Source: Bacilli bacterium (GTDB lineage: Bacteria; Bacillota_I; Bacilli_A; RFN20; CAG-826). From it: DNA of 64,000 bases. Below are positions 1-11,091 of the stretch, in pieces. The notes beneath the pieces were generated by a model. It had not been told where the DNA came from. It did no database searches and saw only the letters and a list, made by a program, of their open reading frames with translations. Position numbers and translations under genes: made by a program. Where the stretch lies: NCBI GenBank assembly GCA_045597865.1, contig JAZLKX010000046.1, positions 1-64,000 on the forward strand, given 5' to 3'. Position 1 is the stretch's first letter; each line of letters starts with the position of its first letter.

Positions 1-3000
1 AATTTGGATATGTTTTTTTTACTGTAACCTTTTCTACTTTAATCTCATCATTTTCTAAATATTGTTGTTCTTTTTGTATTTCTACATAATATACTTCTTC
101 GTCTGTTAATGTACGTAGTTTACCCTCGCCACTAGCGGTATTACTACTAGAAGATTTCTTTTCTTGTTTAGAATCATCGTAGGTATTAGTAGCTTCTTCT
201 TGAACAACTTCAGGAACTTCGATTTTAATACCTGCTTTTCTAAACTCTTCGGCAAATTTATTTAAATCGGTAACAGTTTTACAGGCATCTCTAAAGCAAG
301 TTCCAAACTCTAGTTTAACAACGTCATAGTCTCTAAATTCATCTATCCAACTAATAAATTCTTCGATAGTTTTTACTTGTTCATCTTTAACTGCTTGTTC
401 TATACTTTGGTCGTTTGAAACTCTACCCATAAGTTCTTCAAGAGATTTAATCAAAGCATTTTTATCTTGAAGGAAATCTAATCTTATATATTCATCAATA
501 TTTTTAGGTTTAACTATTTCTAGTTGTACTAATCTAAAAATTTTGCTCATTATATTTAATTCTGCTTTAAGGTCTTCGTCTTGGTAACCATCAAATTCAC
601 TATGAAGTTTATCACCTATACGTTCACTATCTACAAAATCTTTATAGAACTTACTATTTTGAGTTAGATAACTTATAAAATTTACAAAATCCAAATGATC
701 ATCGCCAAAAAAATCTTTTTCTATTCTACTTGGGGTATCTACTTCTTCATGGAAAAGATTTATTAAATCTAAAATACTTTCTTGACTTTCTACAATTTTT
801 CTTACATCTTCGTATCTTCTTAGTTTAGCTTGTTCAATCTCTGCATCTATAATATCTTTTCTAGTGTTGTAATAAGCATCACTATCAGTCATATATTTGT
901 TTAGATAGAAGCTAAAAGCATTGATACCATCTGTAAGTTTACAAAGGTCAGCAAATAGTTTTAGATAATCATTTTTTTGGTCTTTTGGTAAATAAGTATT
1001 AAGCATTCCAAATACTTCACCTGCTAGTTGTGGATTAAGAGTAAAAGCACCCAATAGTCTTTGTAATACACCTTTGGTAGGTTTTGTTAAAGACTCAACA
1101 CTATTAATACTCTTTAATCTTTCTTGTTCTTCTTTCTCTTGATCTATTAAATCTTTAAGCGTTTTGAACTTATCAGAAATTTCTTTATTAATAGATAGTA
1201 ATTTTTTGATTTTAGATTGTTTGCTTGTAAGATTCTCTAGTTTCTCTTTTTCTCTTTTAATCTTATAGTTGTTTTTGTTATATTGTAAACCTTCGCTTTC
1301 TTTTTCTAAAGCTTCAATTTTACTATTTAGATTACTTATCGCTTTGTCAACTTCATCTGAACTCAAACTAAGATTTTTAACTATATCATTTGTTGTATCT
1401 TCGTTTTGATAAGCTAATTCATCTTGAAGAGTTTTTATAGATTCTCTTATATTTTGAAGTTCAGGACTATTTAAATCATCTGTTTTAAACAATAAGTTAT
1501 CACTAACTAATTTATCAAAATCAGCATCTTCTTTATCATAAGCATTAACAAATCTTAGAGTATTAAAAACATCTAAGTAAGCTTTATAATAGTTAAGAGC
1601 AGCCTTTTGTTTATCTGTTGGATTTTCAACATTTTGTAAAGCTATAACTTTTTTTGCAAGCTCAGAAGCAATCTTATCGAAAGCAGGAGATAGTTGAGAG
1701 AATACTTCACCTTGACGAAGTTCGTGGTCTTTTTGTTGACAAGCAAGCATAGAAAGGTGCGCAACAGCATCGTCATCTAGTCTGCCTTGCGATAATGAAT
1801 AAATCTTATCAGAAACATTAGAATACAAATCTATTGAATCGATTATTTGTTTTTTCTTACGTTCTAGTTCTTTTTTTATTTCTTCTCTAGACATTATTTG
1901 TCCATCTTTAACGTATGGTCCAACAAATTTCTCGATAGGATTACCTTCGGCAGTCCATTCTTGCATTGTTTCTGTTGTTTCTTTTAGAATGTCATCAATA
2001 TTTTCGTCGGTTGTAATACCAGCATTTTCTACCAATGCTTTCATCATATCGGTTCTTCCGTTACGGTGCATAATAGAAATTGCTTCGTACAAGTCTTTTT
2101 GTTTTGCATTTTCAAATTCAAAATGGTCGTTCATTTGCAATGCTTGTTGCATAGTTTCACCATTTTTAATTCGATTTGCTGTTGCTTTGATATACTTCTT
2201 ATATTCGGGATTAGAAGCATAATTAACCATAAAGTCTATTGCTTTTTGGTTTGCCTCTCCCATTTGTCTATGTTCTCTCATAGTATCAAGAGCAGAGCTT
2301 CTCCAATTCTTAAGTTTGAATGGATTGCCGTGTGCCATAGGTAAGAAGCCTGTCATTGCTCCTGCTAGAAATTCTTGGTAGTTATCTAGGTTTAAATAGG
2401 TGTTTTTAAGTGTTGCCAAACCTGTATGGAAAAACTCTTGTAGCGCAGATCTTCCGTTTTTAGAAATATAATTACATTCGCTATCCCAAATATCAGGATT
2501 ATAGAAAGCCTGAGAGCCTGAACTAATAGCATTTTGTAATAGTTCTTCATTTCCTTCCATTAGGTTGTTCCACATAGCAGCTCTAAAACCACTCCAATTA
2601 CCTTTGGTGTTTCTTAGAGCATAAATATCATCACCTATATTTATAGTAGTATATTTTTTTAATTGTTTAGCTAAATCATTTTTTTCTTTTTTGAATAGGT
2701 TTGTTACTTTATCAACAGCCTTATTATACCAAACACGTTGTTTAGATGCGTCCATTATGCCATCGGCAATATTAGACATAGCAGATTTTGCTGTGTTTTG
2801 CATAGCTTTTTCTGCTCCTGTATCGGCTAGTTGTTTAGCACCACCTTTAACGACCTCACCAACAATACCATTACCACTAGATTTAATCATATTAGTAAAA
2901 GGTCTTGCCATATATTTACCAAATGTACCAAAGTTTACAGGTCCAACGGTAAGAATATTTAGTCCGTAAGTCATATTACCTACGTTGTTTGCTAGGTGTT

Positions 3001-4288
3001 TTATTTTATTTTGTTGTCCTAAATGTGTTTTTTCTGCTTGTTTTAGTCGGTATGCACGTTCTTCTTCGGAGATATTAGCTTGTTGAATAAGTGCTAATTC
3101 TTTTTGGTATCTAGCATCTTCTTCTTTACCATATTTCTCCAAATATTCTTTAGCAGCAGTACGTGCTTCCATACCACTTTCTTGAAGAGTTCCAGCCATA
3201 TTGATTACGTGAGACATAGCTTTACCATGAGGATTTACATAGCCTTTAAATCCTTTCTCAACTAATCCTTCGGCAGTTTTAATCTCTTGTCCTAGGATAT
3301 TTCGCATAGCTTTACCACTATCTTGGATAGCATTGCCGACAAGTTTTTTTGAAGTAGGTTTGCTAAACATTTGCATTACTTTGGCTGCCTTGCCAAATTT
3401 GCCAAGTTTAGAACCAGCACTAATAAGCCAACCAACAGTACCACCACCTGTTGCAACAAGACCTGCTGTTCCTAACATAGTACCCATAGTAAAGCCGAGG
3501 GTTTTCATATTGTCTGAAACCATAGACATATTAGTTAGGAAATTCCAATCCTCGTACCATTTTTTATTTTGTTGAGAGTATGATTGGTAGTTTTTGGTAG
3601 CTCTATCTAAGTCGTCTTGCAAGCCTTCCATAAATTTATTATAGTCGTTATTCCACATTCGTTGAGCAACAGCATCTGAGAAATTTTCTCCACCTACTGT
3701 ATCTATAATTGCTCTAACAAATTGTACAGGAGCAACGAAACCTTCTACAAAAGTATCTGCTGCTGTAAGTGTAGCTTGTCCTAGTAATCCTGTAACTCCA
3801 TTAAAAAATCTACGTGCTGTACCTTGATTTTCGTGTCGTTTATTAATAAGTTCAGGAATGCTAGGATTAAACATAAAATTAGCATCATAATCAGTAGTTG
3901 TAAACATATCATACAACTCTGGATTTTCTTCTCTAGATACTTTTCTAGGAGCGTCAAATGAAGAAACACCTGTATTAAATGTACCATCAAGAATAGATAC
4001 TATATTATTAAAATTAGGCAAAAATCCTTTTGGAGTTTTATATTCTTCTAATGGTTGATTGGCATTTTTTAAGTTGTCAGGTATTGCTTGTTCTGCATTA
4101 TCTAACAATCTTTGGCGTATATTATTTTTTTGCCATTCTTCGTCAACTAGTGGAGCTTGTTTAGGTTGTTCTGTATTAACATAACTCCAATCTAGTTTTA
4201 TATCTTCGCTATTATCACTTGGTTTTGTAGGGTACAAATCTTCGTTTCGTACACCTTTACTATCTATGTTTTTAAAATTTATTCCCAT
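1..4288 (-). CDS. Large virion cargo/ejection protein (>1429 aa, runs off the left edge)
   Basis: ATG at 4288 (MGINFKNIDSKGVR). The same frame is open at the window start. It is missing from the ORF track, as expected for an ORF with no stop in the window. Third gene of the cargo cluster. Confidence 0.75.
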   Translation of the reverse strand, partial: MGINFKNIDSKGVRNEDLYPTKPSDNSEDIKLDWSYVNTEQPKQAPLVDEEWQKNNIRQRLLDNAEQAIPDNLKNANQPLEEYKTPKGFLPNFNNIVSILDGTFNTGVSSFDAPRKVSREENPELYDMFTTTDYDANFMFNPSIPELINKRHENQGTARRFFNGVTGLLGQATLTAADTFVEGFVAPVQFVRAIIDTVGGENFSDAVAQRMWNNDYNKFMEGLQDDLDRATKNYQSYSQQNKKWYEDWNFLTNMSMVSDNMKTLGFTMGTMLGTAGLVATGGGTVGWLISAGSKLGKFGKAAKVMQMFSKPTSKKLVGNAIQDSGKAMRNILGQEIKTAEGLVEKGFKGYVNPHGKAMSHVINMAGTLQESGMEARTAAKEYLEKYGKEEDARYQKELALIQQANISEEERAYRLKQAEKTHLGQQNKIKHLANNVGNMTYGLNILTVGPVNFGTFGKYMARPFTNMIKSSGNGIVGEVVKGGAKQLADTGAEKAMQNTAKSAMSNIADGIMDASKQRVWYNKAVDKVTNLFKKEKNDLAKQLKKYTTINIGDDIYALRNTKGNWSGFRAAMWNNLMEGNEELLQNAISSGSQAFYNPDIWDSECNYISKNGRSALQEFFHTGLATLKNTYLNLDNYQEFLAGAMTGFLPMAHGNPFKLKNWRSSALDTMREHRQMGEANQKAIDFMVNYASNPEYKKYIKATANRIKNGETMQQALQMNDHFEFENAKQKDLYEAISIMHRNGRTDMMKALVENAGITTDENIDDILKETTETMQEWTAEGNPIEKFVGPYVKDGQIMSREEIKKELERKKKQIIDSIDLYSNVSDKIYSLSQGRLDDDAVAHLSMLACQQKDHELRQGEVFSQLSPAFDKIASELAKKVIALQNVENPTDKQKAALNYYKAYLDVFNTLRFVNAYDKEDADFDKLVSDNLLFKTDDLNSPELQNIRESIKTLQDELAYQNEDTTNDIVKNLSLSSDEVDKAISNLNSKIEALEKESEGLQYNKNNYKIKREKEKLENLTSKQSKIKKLLSINKEISDKFKTLKDLIDQEKEEQERLKSINSVESLTKPTKGVLQRLLGAFTLNPQLAGEVFGMLNTYLPKDQKNDYLKLFADLCKLTDGINAFSFYLNKYMTDSDAYYNTRKDIIDAEIEQAKLRRYEDVRKIVESQESILDLINLFHEEVDTPSRIEKDFFGDDHLDFVNFISYLTQNSKFYKDFVDSERIGDKLHSEFDGYQDEDLKAELNIMSKIFRLVQLEIVKPKNIDEYIRLDFLQDKNALIKSLEELMGRVSNDQSIEQAVKDEQVKTIEEFISWIDEFRDYDVVKLEFGTCFRDACKTVTDLNKFAEEFRKAGIKIEVPEVVQEEATNTYDDSKQEKKSSSSNTASGEGKLRTLTDEEVYYVEIQKEQQYLENDEIKVEKVTVKKTYPN

Positions 4289-4292
4289 AATA

Positions 4293-6299
4293 TTATTGTG
4301 AATTATTTGTAAATTGCATTGGTTGGTTATCGTCGTGTGTGGTTTTCTTTAACCCAAATTTTCTTTCTGCTATTTGTAACATATCTTGTTCTAGCTCATG
4401 TTTCATTATGTTTAATGTTTCTTCATTAACTTGTATTGGATTTAAATTTTTATCAACAACATAATAATAACCATCATCAGCAGGTCCTTCAGTTAAACCT
4501 TTGTAAAATTCTTGTATTTGGTATATTTTCTTTTTATCGGCATAATCATCTATATTTTCAGCAGGAATTACAATACAATGGTCTTTGCCAAAATATAATC
4601 CAATAGCTGCATCTTTAGTAAAGACTGCTATTTTCATATTTCCATAATTTAGATTATCTAAATCTACTTCTTTTGAAAGTTTATCTGATCGTAAACTAAA
4701 ATCTTCGGCTCTACCATTATACATATAAATACCATCTTGTAGTTCAAATTTACCATCTTTAAGTTCAGCTTTACTTATAGAACCTATCGCTTGTTTTACA
4801 GATTTTTCATCAATACCTGTAAAATTATGTTGAACATCTATGTAAGGTACATATTCTACATAAAGGTCTTTAGTAGCATTTTTAAATTCATCTTTTGATA
4901 ATGATTTACCAACTAAATGTCCTATTTTTTCGTAAACATCTTTAAATTTTTCATTAGCTTCATTGTGTATTTTTTGTAATTCACCAATTTGTTGTGCAGG
5001 TACATCGTAACTTACTTGTTTACCATTGATTGTAAAGATTAATTTATTATCTTCAAAATCAATATTAGTTACAGGGTAATCTTTTAAGAAATAATCAGCA
5101 TCAAAATTTCTCCCACTTTTTGAATTAATAGGTAATCCTGTTAATCCATATTCTACCATATCTAAAGTATCTGATGAAAATACTTTTACGCCAAGTTTAT
5201 CAGAGTTTGCATCTAAGAAATTAAATAAATTATCTTTTAATACATTTTTTATAATATAGTTATTTTCTGCTTCTTTTTTACTTAATACTTTACCTTTGTT
5301 ATTAATTATATTATTATAATTTTTTTCTAAATCATTATTGTTTGTATTATAAAGTTCTAGTTTACCATCGAACATATCAGTTGTTTTCTTATTACCATTA
5401 CCACTTCTATCATTATATGGTTTAAATGAAGTATTGTCAGTAGAAGTTGTTATATAATGACGATCTATACCATCCCAAATTCCACTTATAATAGCATCAT
5501 CGAATAATCTTTGTTGCTCAGGAGAGAAATCATCTAGTTTAAATTCACGTTTAAGGTCTTGCATACTTTCGTATAAAGCTCCAAAATATTCTTTATCTTC
5601 ATCGTTTGCTCCTTCACCTCTGCGAAGTTTATCTAGCATAGCCTCTAAGTTAGTGTTAGTAAACTTTTCACCTTTAATATCATACGAACCTCCTTTTGTA
5701 CCTGAACGTACTCCTTTTTGCCCCATTTCTTCTACAAGATTATATATTTGCTTACTCCATGAATGAGATTTACCTGTTCTATTAACAAGATTAGTCATCA
5801 TAGCTTTAGCAGCGTCATGTAATTTTGAAGTAGATAATTCTCTTGTATCTCTAATATCAGGATTAAAGAATATCTCATCAAGAGAATATGTATTTAGTCT
5901 TCTTCCTACTTTCTGCAACTGTGCATCTTTGTCAAAACGTGCATCTTCTTCATCTCTTCTTTTTACAAAGTCTTCGTATTTTGCTTTAAGAGGTGCAATA
6001 TCACTAGCATAATCACGAGCTAGTGCTGCTATTTGTCTATTTACATTAGGATTAAAACCATTCTTAGCAATATAACCAGCAAGGTTTTCTGCGTTAATAG
6101 CATAACTTTCTATTAACTCTTTTGTTTTAGGAGAAAGATTAGGGTCTAAAGTATTTAATAGTTCCCTAGCAGATGCACCTGTCATAAGAGCATCTGCAAA
6201 TGCTTTATCGGTCTTTTCTCCGTATTCTTTAATAAAATCTACGTTATCTTCTATTGGTTTGTAATCTACAAAACTAAAATCTGTTGCATTAATAGCCAT
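4293..6299 (-). CDS. Putative virion cargo protein, 668 aa
   Basis: Long ORF between cargo protein 1 and the giant ORF; crAss-like synteny. Confidence 0.6.
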   Translation of the reverse strand: MAINATDFSFVDYKPIEDNVDFIKEYGEKTDKAFADALMTGASARELLNTLDPNLSPKTKELIESYAINAENLAGYIAKNGFNPNVNRQIAALARDYASDIAPLKAKYEDFVKRRDEEDARFDKDAQLQKVGRRLNTYSLDEIFFNPDIRDTRELSTSKLHDAAKAMMTNLVNRTGKSHSWSKQIYNLVEEMGQKGVRSGTKGGSYDIKGEKFTNTNLEAMLDKLRRGEGANDEDKEYFGALYESMQDLKREFKLDDFSPEQQRLFDDAIISGIWDGIDRHYITTSTDNTSFKPYNDRSGNGNKKTTDMFDGKLELYNTNNNDLEKNYNNIINNKGKVLSKKEAENNYIIKNVLKDNLFNFLDANSDKLGVKVFSSDTLDMVEYGLTGLPINSKSGRNFDADYFLKDYPVTNIDFEDNKLIFTINGKQVSYDVPAQQIGELQKIHNEANEKFKDVYEKIGHLVGKSLSKDEFKNATKDLYVEYVPYIDVQHNFTGIDEKSVKQAIGSISKAELKDGKFELQDGIYMYNGRAEDFSLRSDKLSKEVDLDNLNYGNMKIAVFTKDAAIGLYFGKDHCIVIPAENIDDYADKKKIYQIQEFYKGLTEGPADDGYYYVVDKNLNPIQVNEETLNIMKHELEQDMLQIAERKFGLKKTTHDDNQPMQFTNNSQ

Positions 6300-6310
6300 A
6301 TTGTTTTATT

Positions 6311-9283
6311 TTATATTTTTCTATTTTTGTAATCTTCTTGGAATTTTGTTAGTTTTTCACTATCAGAAAGTCCTTCTAACTCTTCTTTATTATCTTCTAA
6401 CCAAGATAGGTATTGTCCCATAGTAGCATCATCTGCACGACGACGATAGCTTTGGTTAGATAATTGTGGATAGAAGTATTGTGATGCAAAGTAGTAATCG
6501 TTGTCAAGATTGTTAGTACCATACATTGTATTGTACATTGCATCTTTTCTACGATTTTGTAATGTCTTAGAATAATTTTGTAATTGTTTTGCAAAATTAG
6601 CCCAAGCATTATTTTGCAGTGTTTCGTTAGAATCCATTTCTGCTTGTCTAGCTACACTAGCAGTATTAATAGCATTGTATTTAGCCCATCTATTATTATT
6701 GGCTAACTGATAATCATTAGCTCTATGTTGTTCCAGAGCTTCATTTTGTTGTGCATTAAATTGTGCTATTGCATTACGTTGCTGTTCGTTTTGTTGGTAG
6801 ATTTGATTCATCGCATTAGCACGATCGGTCGCAATTCTACCAAGATTAGCAGCAACATTAGCAGCAACTTGACTTCTATCTCCTGCAAATGCCATAGCAT
6901 TCAAATTTGATAATAAATCATTTTGAAGCTGAGCATTATAAAGATTGCTGTTTTGAGGAACATACTTTTGATATGTAGGTGTAAAACTATTCTGATAGTC
7001 AGGAATAGTCATAGCGTATCGTTCAGGCTTTTCAGCTTGCTCGAAATTAGGTTTACGTAGCAATGCTTTCATAAATTGCATAGCACCCATACCAAAGTTT
7101 GTATTATCAAGAGTTTCGGAAATACTCTTATTTCTACGCCATTTGTCAGCTATATCTTCTATTTCATTTCCTATCTTGTAACGTGCTTGATTTAAAGCAT
7201 TATATTCTTTAAATCCTGATAGGTTGTCATTTAAAAATTTTGTTTTTTCTGCATTGTCAAGTGAAGACCAAGCTCTATTTTTATAAGTATTTAATTGAGT
7301 TTGTAAATCTTTTTTATCTTTACTATCTTCATTAGAATTACTATATACGTGATTATTTACAAAAGAGTTAAATAAAGAACCGTCTCTATCGAAAATAGTA
7401 GAATATAAGTCAGGATTATATTCGTTACCTAAGAAAACACCTTGAAGACCTTGTCGTCCTCTGTCGTTATATTGTTTTATTCTATTTTGTTCTATTATAC
7501 TTTGACGATTTTTAATCCAATCAAGAACTCCACCTTTGTCATATTGATTAGCTTCTTGGTAATTGTTTTGCATACCATTATTGGCTTTTATTTCTTCCTG
7601 AGATTTGCGCAAATTACCCAAGACATTATCTATATATCTTTTAGTAATAGAGTCTCTTAAATCTTTATTTTTCTTTTTAAGATTTTCTACTACATTAGCA
7701 AATGTTTCTCCTTTTAGTTTATATCTTTTTTTTATCTCTTCTGGTACCTCAATTCTATTGGAGAAAACAAATTCTTGTCCATTTGTATCTGTCCATATTT
7801 GTTCTCCTTGTTCGACAAGGTTTTGTTTACCTTGATTGTCTTTCCCATAAGGAACTCCACCCAAAGGATTTTCTTCGTGTGTACCGCCCGTTTTTATAGA
7901 TACAACATCGTTTATATCAGTTCCTTTAGAAGTATATCCACCATTAGCAAAATAATTCATATCTTTTCTTTTTAGTCCTATTATATTACCACCATAAGAA
8001 GCCATATTAGCCATACTCCTTAGGTTAGTTAATTGGTTTCTTTGGTTTGCTACATTCAATGCGTTAGAGTGCATTGCAGTAGCCTTTCTGTTAGCTTTAT
8101 CTTCTGCTTCTTTAAGTCTAGCTATGCGATTTTTCTCGCCTATATGACCCAACAATGAAGATGCTGAGCCTATTATACCACCTATTAAAGCTCCCCATGG
8201 TCCACCTATATCAAAGCCTTTTTTTGCATAGTTTAAAGTGTCCATATTATATTGAGCAAAACCTTTCCCAAAGTTGGTTTTGTTCATTGCAAGATTGCTA
8301 TACTTATGATTGTCCCAAGCTGAACTTTCTACGTTTGCACCTTGTAAACCACCAGTTCCTTCGTATTTAATACGTTGTCCTAGTTCGTCGGCAGCAAGTT
8401 TGCTTCGTTTCTTTCCAGTGAAAGCTCTTGCTAATGGGTCATCACCTACACCACCTCCAATAGCATCGTTAATCATATCTTCGGTTGACCAAGTAGAATA
8501 ATCTTTTTTAAGATTTTTGTAAAGATCCGTTCCGAAATCAACAACTGTGTTAACTATTCCTTGTACTCTATTCCCGTTTGTTGTCTGAAACCCACCTTTC
8601 CCCACTGATTGACTAGACCAATTACCAACTTTATCCAAGAAACTAGTCTTGTTACCATTAGTAACAGAATTTAACATTCCTTGTTCTGCTTTACCAAAAA
8701 TCTCATTTTGACTAGGTGTATTATAACTAAGATAACCTTTAGGATTACCTTCTAATGGGACATTCTTAAAAGCTTCGTAAGCAACATTATTATTTAATTG
8801 TTTTATATCATCATTAGATAATATTCCATTAGAACCATTATTTATATTATTTAGATTTCCTATGTAATTTCCATCTTTATCATATTGTAGATTCTGATTA
8901 AGATTATCAATATCTACATTAGATAAAATGCCATTAGAAGCATTTTTATAATTAGGTAGATTACCTATATAATTACCATTTTTATCAAAGTGATAGTTTT
9001 GATAATTGTTACCATAAGCAGTACCTAAGAAATTAGCTACGCCATTTTTTGCGCTATCTCTTAGTGCAAACATATTTTGAAAACCATTGTTATCTATAAC
9101 ATTTCTTGGTTTATTATAATTTGCAGCATTTTGTAGAGCAGTTTTAGAACTAGCTCTATTGCCAAAGAACATACCTATATCGGATAGTATATTCCCAGCA
9201 TCTTGTATCATATCTTTATAATCTCTTTGCTTATTGCTTTTACCAAAAAGATTTGCTAAACTACTATAATCAAAACCACTCAT
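6311..9283 (-). CDS. crAss-like cargo protein 1-type ejection protein, 990 aa
   Basis: GGTHEENPLGGV...LVEQGE...FVFSNR motif, Gly-rich hydrophobic helix GGPWGALIGGIIGSASSLLG, Asn/Gln-rich coiled C-terminus. Confidence 0.75.
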   Translation of the reverse strand: MSGFDYSSLANLFGKSNKQRDYKDMIQDAGNILSDIGMFFGNRASSKTALQNAANYNKPRNVIDNNGFQNMFALRDSAKNGVANFLGTAYGNNYQNYHFDKNGNYIGNLPNYKNASNGILSNVDIDNLNQNLQYDKDGNYIGNLNNINNGSNGILSNDDIKQLNNNVAYEAFKNVPLEGNPKGYLSYNTPSQNEIFGKAEQGMLNSVTNGNKTSFLDKVGNWSSQSVGKGGFQTTNGNRVQGIVNTVVDFGTDLYKNLKKDYSTWSTEDMINDAIGGGVGDDPLARAFTGKKRSKLAADELGQRIKYEGTGGLQGANVESSAWDNHKYSNLAMNKTNFGKGFAQYNMDTLNYAKKGFDIGGPWGALIGGIIGSASSLLGHIGEKNRIARLKEAEDKANRKATAMHSNALNVANQRNQLTNLRSMANMASYGGNIIGLKRKDMNYFANGGYTSKGTDINDVVSIKTGGTHEENPLGGVPYGKDNQGKQNLVEQGEQIWTDTNGQEFVFSNRIEVPEEIKKRYKLKGETFANVVENLKKKNKDLRDSITKRYIDNVLGNLRKSQEEIKANNGMQNNYQEANQYDKGGVLDWIKNRQSIIEQNRIKQYNDRGRQGLQGVFLGNEYNPDLYSTIFDRDGSLFNSFVNNHVYSNSNEDSKDKKDLQTQLNTYKNRAWSSLDNAEKTKFLNDNLSGFKEYNALNQARYKIGNEIEDIADKWRRNKSISETLDNTNFGMGAMQFMKALLRKPNFEQAEKPERYAMTIPDYQNSFTPTYQKYVPQNSNLYNAQLQNDLLSNLNAMAFAGDRSQVAANVAANLGRIATDRANAMNQIYQQNEQQRNAIAQFNAQQNEALEQHRANDYQLANNNRWAKYNAINTASVARQAEMDSNETLQNNAWANFAKQLQNYSKTLQNRRKDAMYNTMYGTNNLDNDYYFASQYFYPQLSNQSYRRRADDATMGQYLSWLEDNKEELEGLSDSEKLTKFQEDYKNRKI

Positions 9284-9302
9284 ATTCTTGTAATTATAGT
9301 TA

Positions 9303-9346
9303 CAAAAATATATAATAATATGCCTTATTTTATTGTCTAATTTTTA
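9303..9346 (-). promoter_or_regulatory. Late-type promoter of the cargo operon
   Basis: TAAAAATTA box ends 35 nt before the end of the TATTTTTG (-7) box; same spacing at three other structural promoters. Confidence 0.6.
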
Positions 9347-9446
9347 GAGTTAAGATTTTATTTTACGAAAAGAAAGTAAATTTAAAGTAAATTGTTTGTT
9401 TTTAAAAATCAATACATATACTTTTGTGTAACTAAAATGTTTAAAA

Positions 9447-9725
9447 ATGACTATAAAACAAGAACAATTTACAAAAATAATTAAAATTTGCAATAAATTA
9501 TTCTCTGTTTCTAAGCATGATTTAATATATAATAGGAATAGAGAATGTTCTGCAATAAGATATTGTGTTGTTGTTATTATGTCCGAATTAACAACAACTA
9601 AAGAGATTTCTAAACTTCTACATAAAACTCCACAAGGAATTAATTTTATAATTAGAGAATACAAGTCTAATCAAGAAATAGATAATTGGATAAAGGAAAT
9701 TAAAAGCAAACTTCAAGAAGATTAA
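9447..9725 (+). CDS. DnaA C-terminal-like HTH protein
   Basis: LFSVSKHDL...RECSAIRY...TTKEISKLLHKTPQGINFII resembles the DnaA domain IV pattern. Confidence 0.55.
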   Translation: MTIKQEQFTKIIKICNKLFSVSKHDLIYNRNRECSAIRYCVVVIMSELTTTKEISKLLHKTPQGINFIIREYKSNQEIDNWIKEIKSKLQED

Positions 9726-9794
9726 AAGTAAAATATTTTTATAATTATTTATGGTATCGTATATTTGCTCATACTAATTTTAATATTTATTGAT

Positions 9795-10742
9795 ATGAGT
9801 GAATTAAAAGAAATCGTTGTACCTGAAAGTAACAGTTGCAACAGCGGAATGTTTAGTCTTTTAACCGCACTATTAACACAAAAAGGCATCGATCCAAATG
9901 TTTTATTATCTATGCGAAATGGTAATTTTGATGGTAATAATGTAGTATGGGTATTGTTTTTACTTATCCTATTTGGTAGAAATGGTTTTTATGGCAATGA
10001 TGGAAATCTATCTAATTTAATTAATAATGATAGTGGTAGAGAACTATTAATGCAAGCCATAAATGGTAATCAAACAGCTATTTCTCAACTTGCTAGCACA
10101 TTAAATTGTTCTATTAATTCTATTCAAGCAGCATTAGGAAATTTATCAAGTCAAATTCAAAACGTAGGCAATAGTATAGGTATGAGTACCCAACAAGTTA
10201 TTAATGCTATTCTATCAGGTAATGCTAATATAGCTAGTCAATTATGTGGTATTAACAATAATATTACTACTATGGGCTATCAAAACCAATTAGCAAATCA
10301 ACACCAAACCTATCAACTAACCGATAGTATTAATAATGTAGGTACAAGAATGGAGAGAGGGTTTTGCGATACTGCGTATGCAACTCAAACACAAACTTGT
10401 GCTATCCAAAATAGTATTAAAGATAGTGTATCTACAATACTTGATGGGCAAAGACAAGCAGAAATTAGAGAAATGCAAGCGAAAATTGCTAGCCTTCAAG
10501 AAAAGAATAGCCAATATGCAATGCAAATAAATAATGGACAACAATCTGCTTTGTTTGGACAAATGCTACAACAAGCAATAGCACCAATTAATACTGCATT
10601 GTGTACTCTTACAAATGAAGTAAGCACAATTAAAGCTAGTATGCCACCTACTTATCCAGTACAATATCAACCTTTCGTACCTGTTCCTAATGCAGTTGCT
10701 TATCAATATGGAATAGCACCACAAGGTGGATTTTGGAATTAA
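9795..10742 (+). CDS. Membrane-anchored Asn/Gln-rich coiled-coil protein
   Basis: Hydrophobic VVWVLFLLILFG followed by a long heptad region. ATG 9795 preferred because it lies downstream of the TATATTTG -7 box at ~9760. Confidence 0.7.
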   Translation: MSELKEIVVPESNSCNSGMFSLLTALLTQKGIDPNVLLSMRNGNFDGNNVVWVLFLLILFGRNGFYGNDGNLSNLINNDSGRELLMQAINGNQTAISQLASTLNCSINSIQAALGNLSSQIQNVGNSIGMSTQQVINAILSGNANIASQLCGINNNITTMGYQNQLANQHQTYQLTDSINNVGTRMERGFCDTAYATQTQTCAIQNSIKDSVSTILDGQRQAEIREMQAKIASLQEKNSQYAMQINNGQQSALFGQMLQQAIAPINTALCTLTNEVSTIKASMPPTYPVQYQPFVPVPNAVAYQYGIAPQGGFWN

Positions 10743-10758
10743 AAAAGGAGGTGTTATT

Positions 10759-11091
10759 ATGCTACCTTATTATTTTGTGAATCGTAATGGTTCTGCTGTT
10801 ATTGAAAGTTCTAATGTAAGTGTAGAAGACAATAAGGTTGTTTATACATTCCCTAACCACTCTTTTGCTAACAACAATTATAGAGGAGTAATATATGTAA
10901 AACTAAATCAAGATTTGCCTTCTACTGCTTCTGCTACAATGCCTATTGAGTTTTCTACCAACGGAGTTAAACAACCTGTACTAACAAAAAGTACAAGCGG
11001 TGAAACCGAATGGTTAGTTTCTATGTTTCAAGGCGTTGGTTATTATGAGTTTTTCTTTGATAAGCAAACTAATAAACTTCAATTGCTATGA
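10759..11091 (+). CDS. Hypothetical beta-rich protein
   Basis: ATG 10759 preceded by AAGGAGGTG; in an operon with 9795. Confidence 0.7.
   Translation: MLPYYFVNRNGSAVIESSNVSVEDNKVVYTFPNHSFANNNYRGVIYVKLNQDLPSTASATMPIEFSTNGVKQPVLTKSTSGETEWLVSMFQGVGYYEFFFDKQTNKLQLL

Noticed and set aside
1989-8501. Short + strand ORFs antisense to the cargo genes, and similar shadow ORFs elsewhere
   Set aside because: They overlap long, well-supported genes on the opposite strand and have no recognisable motifs.
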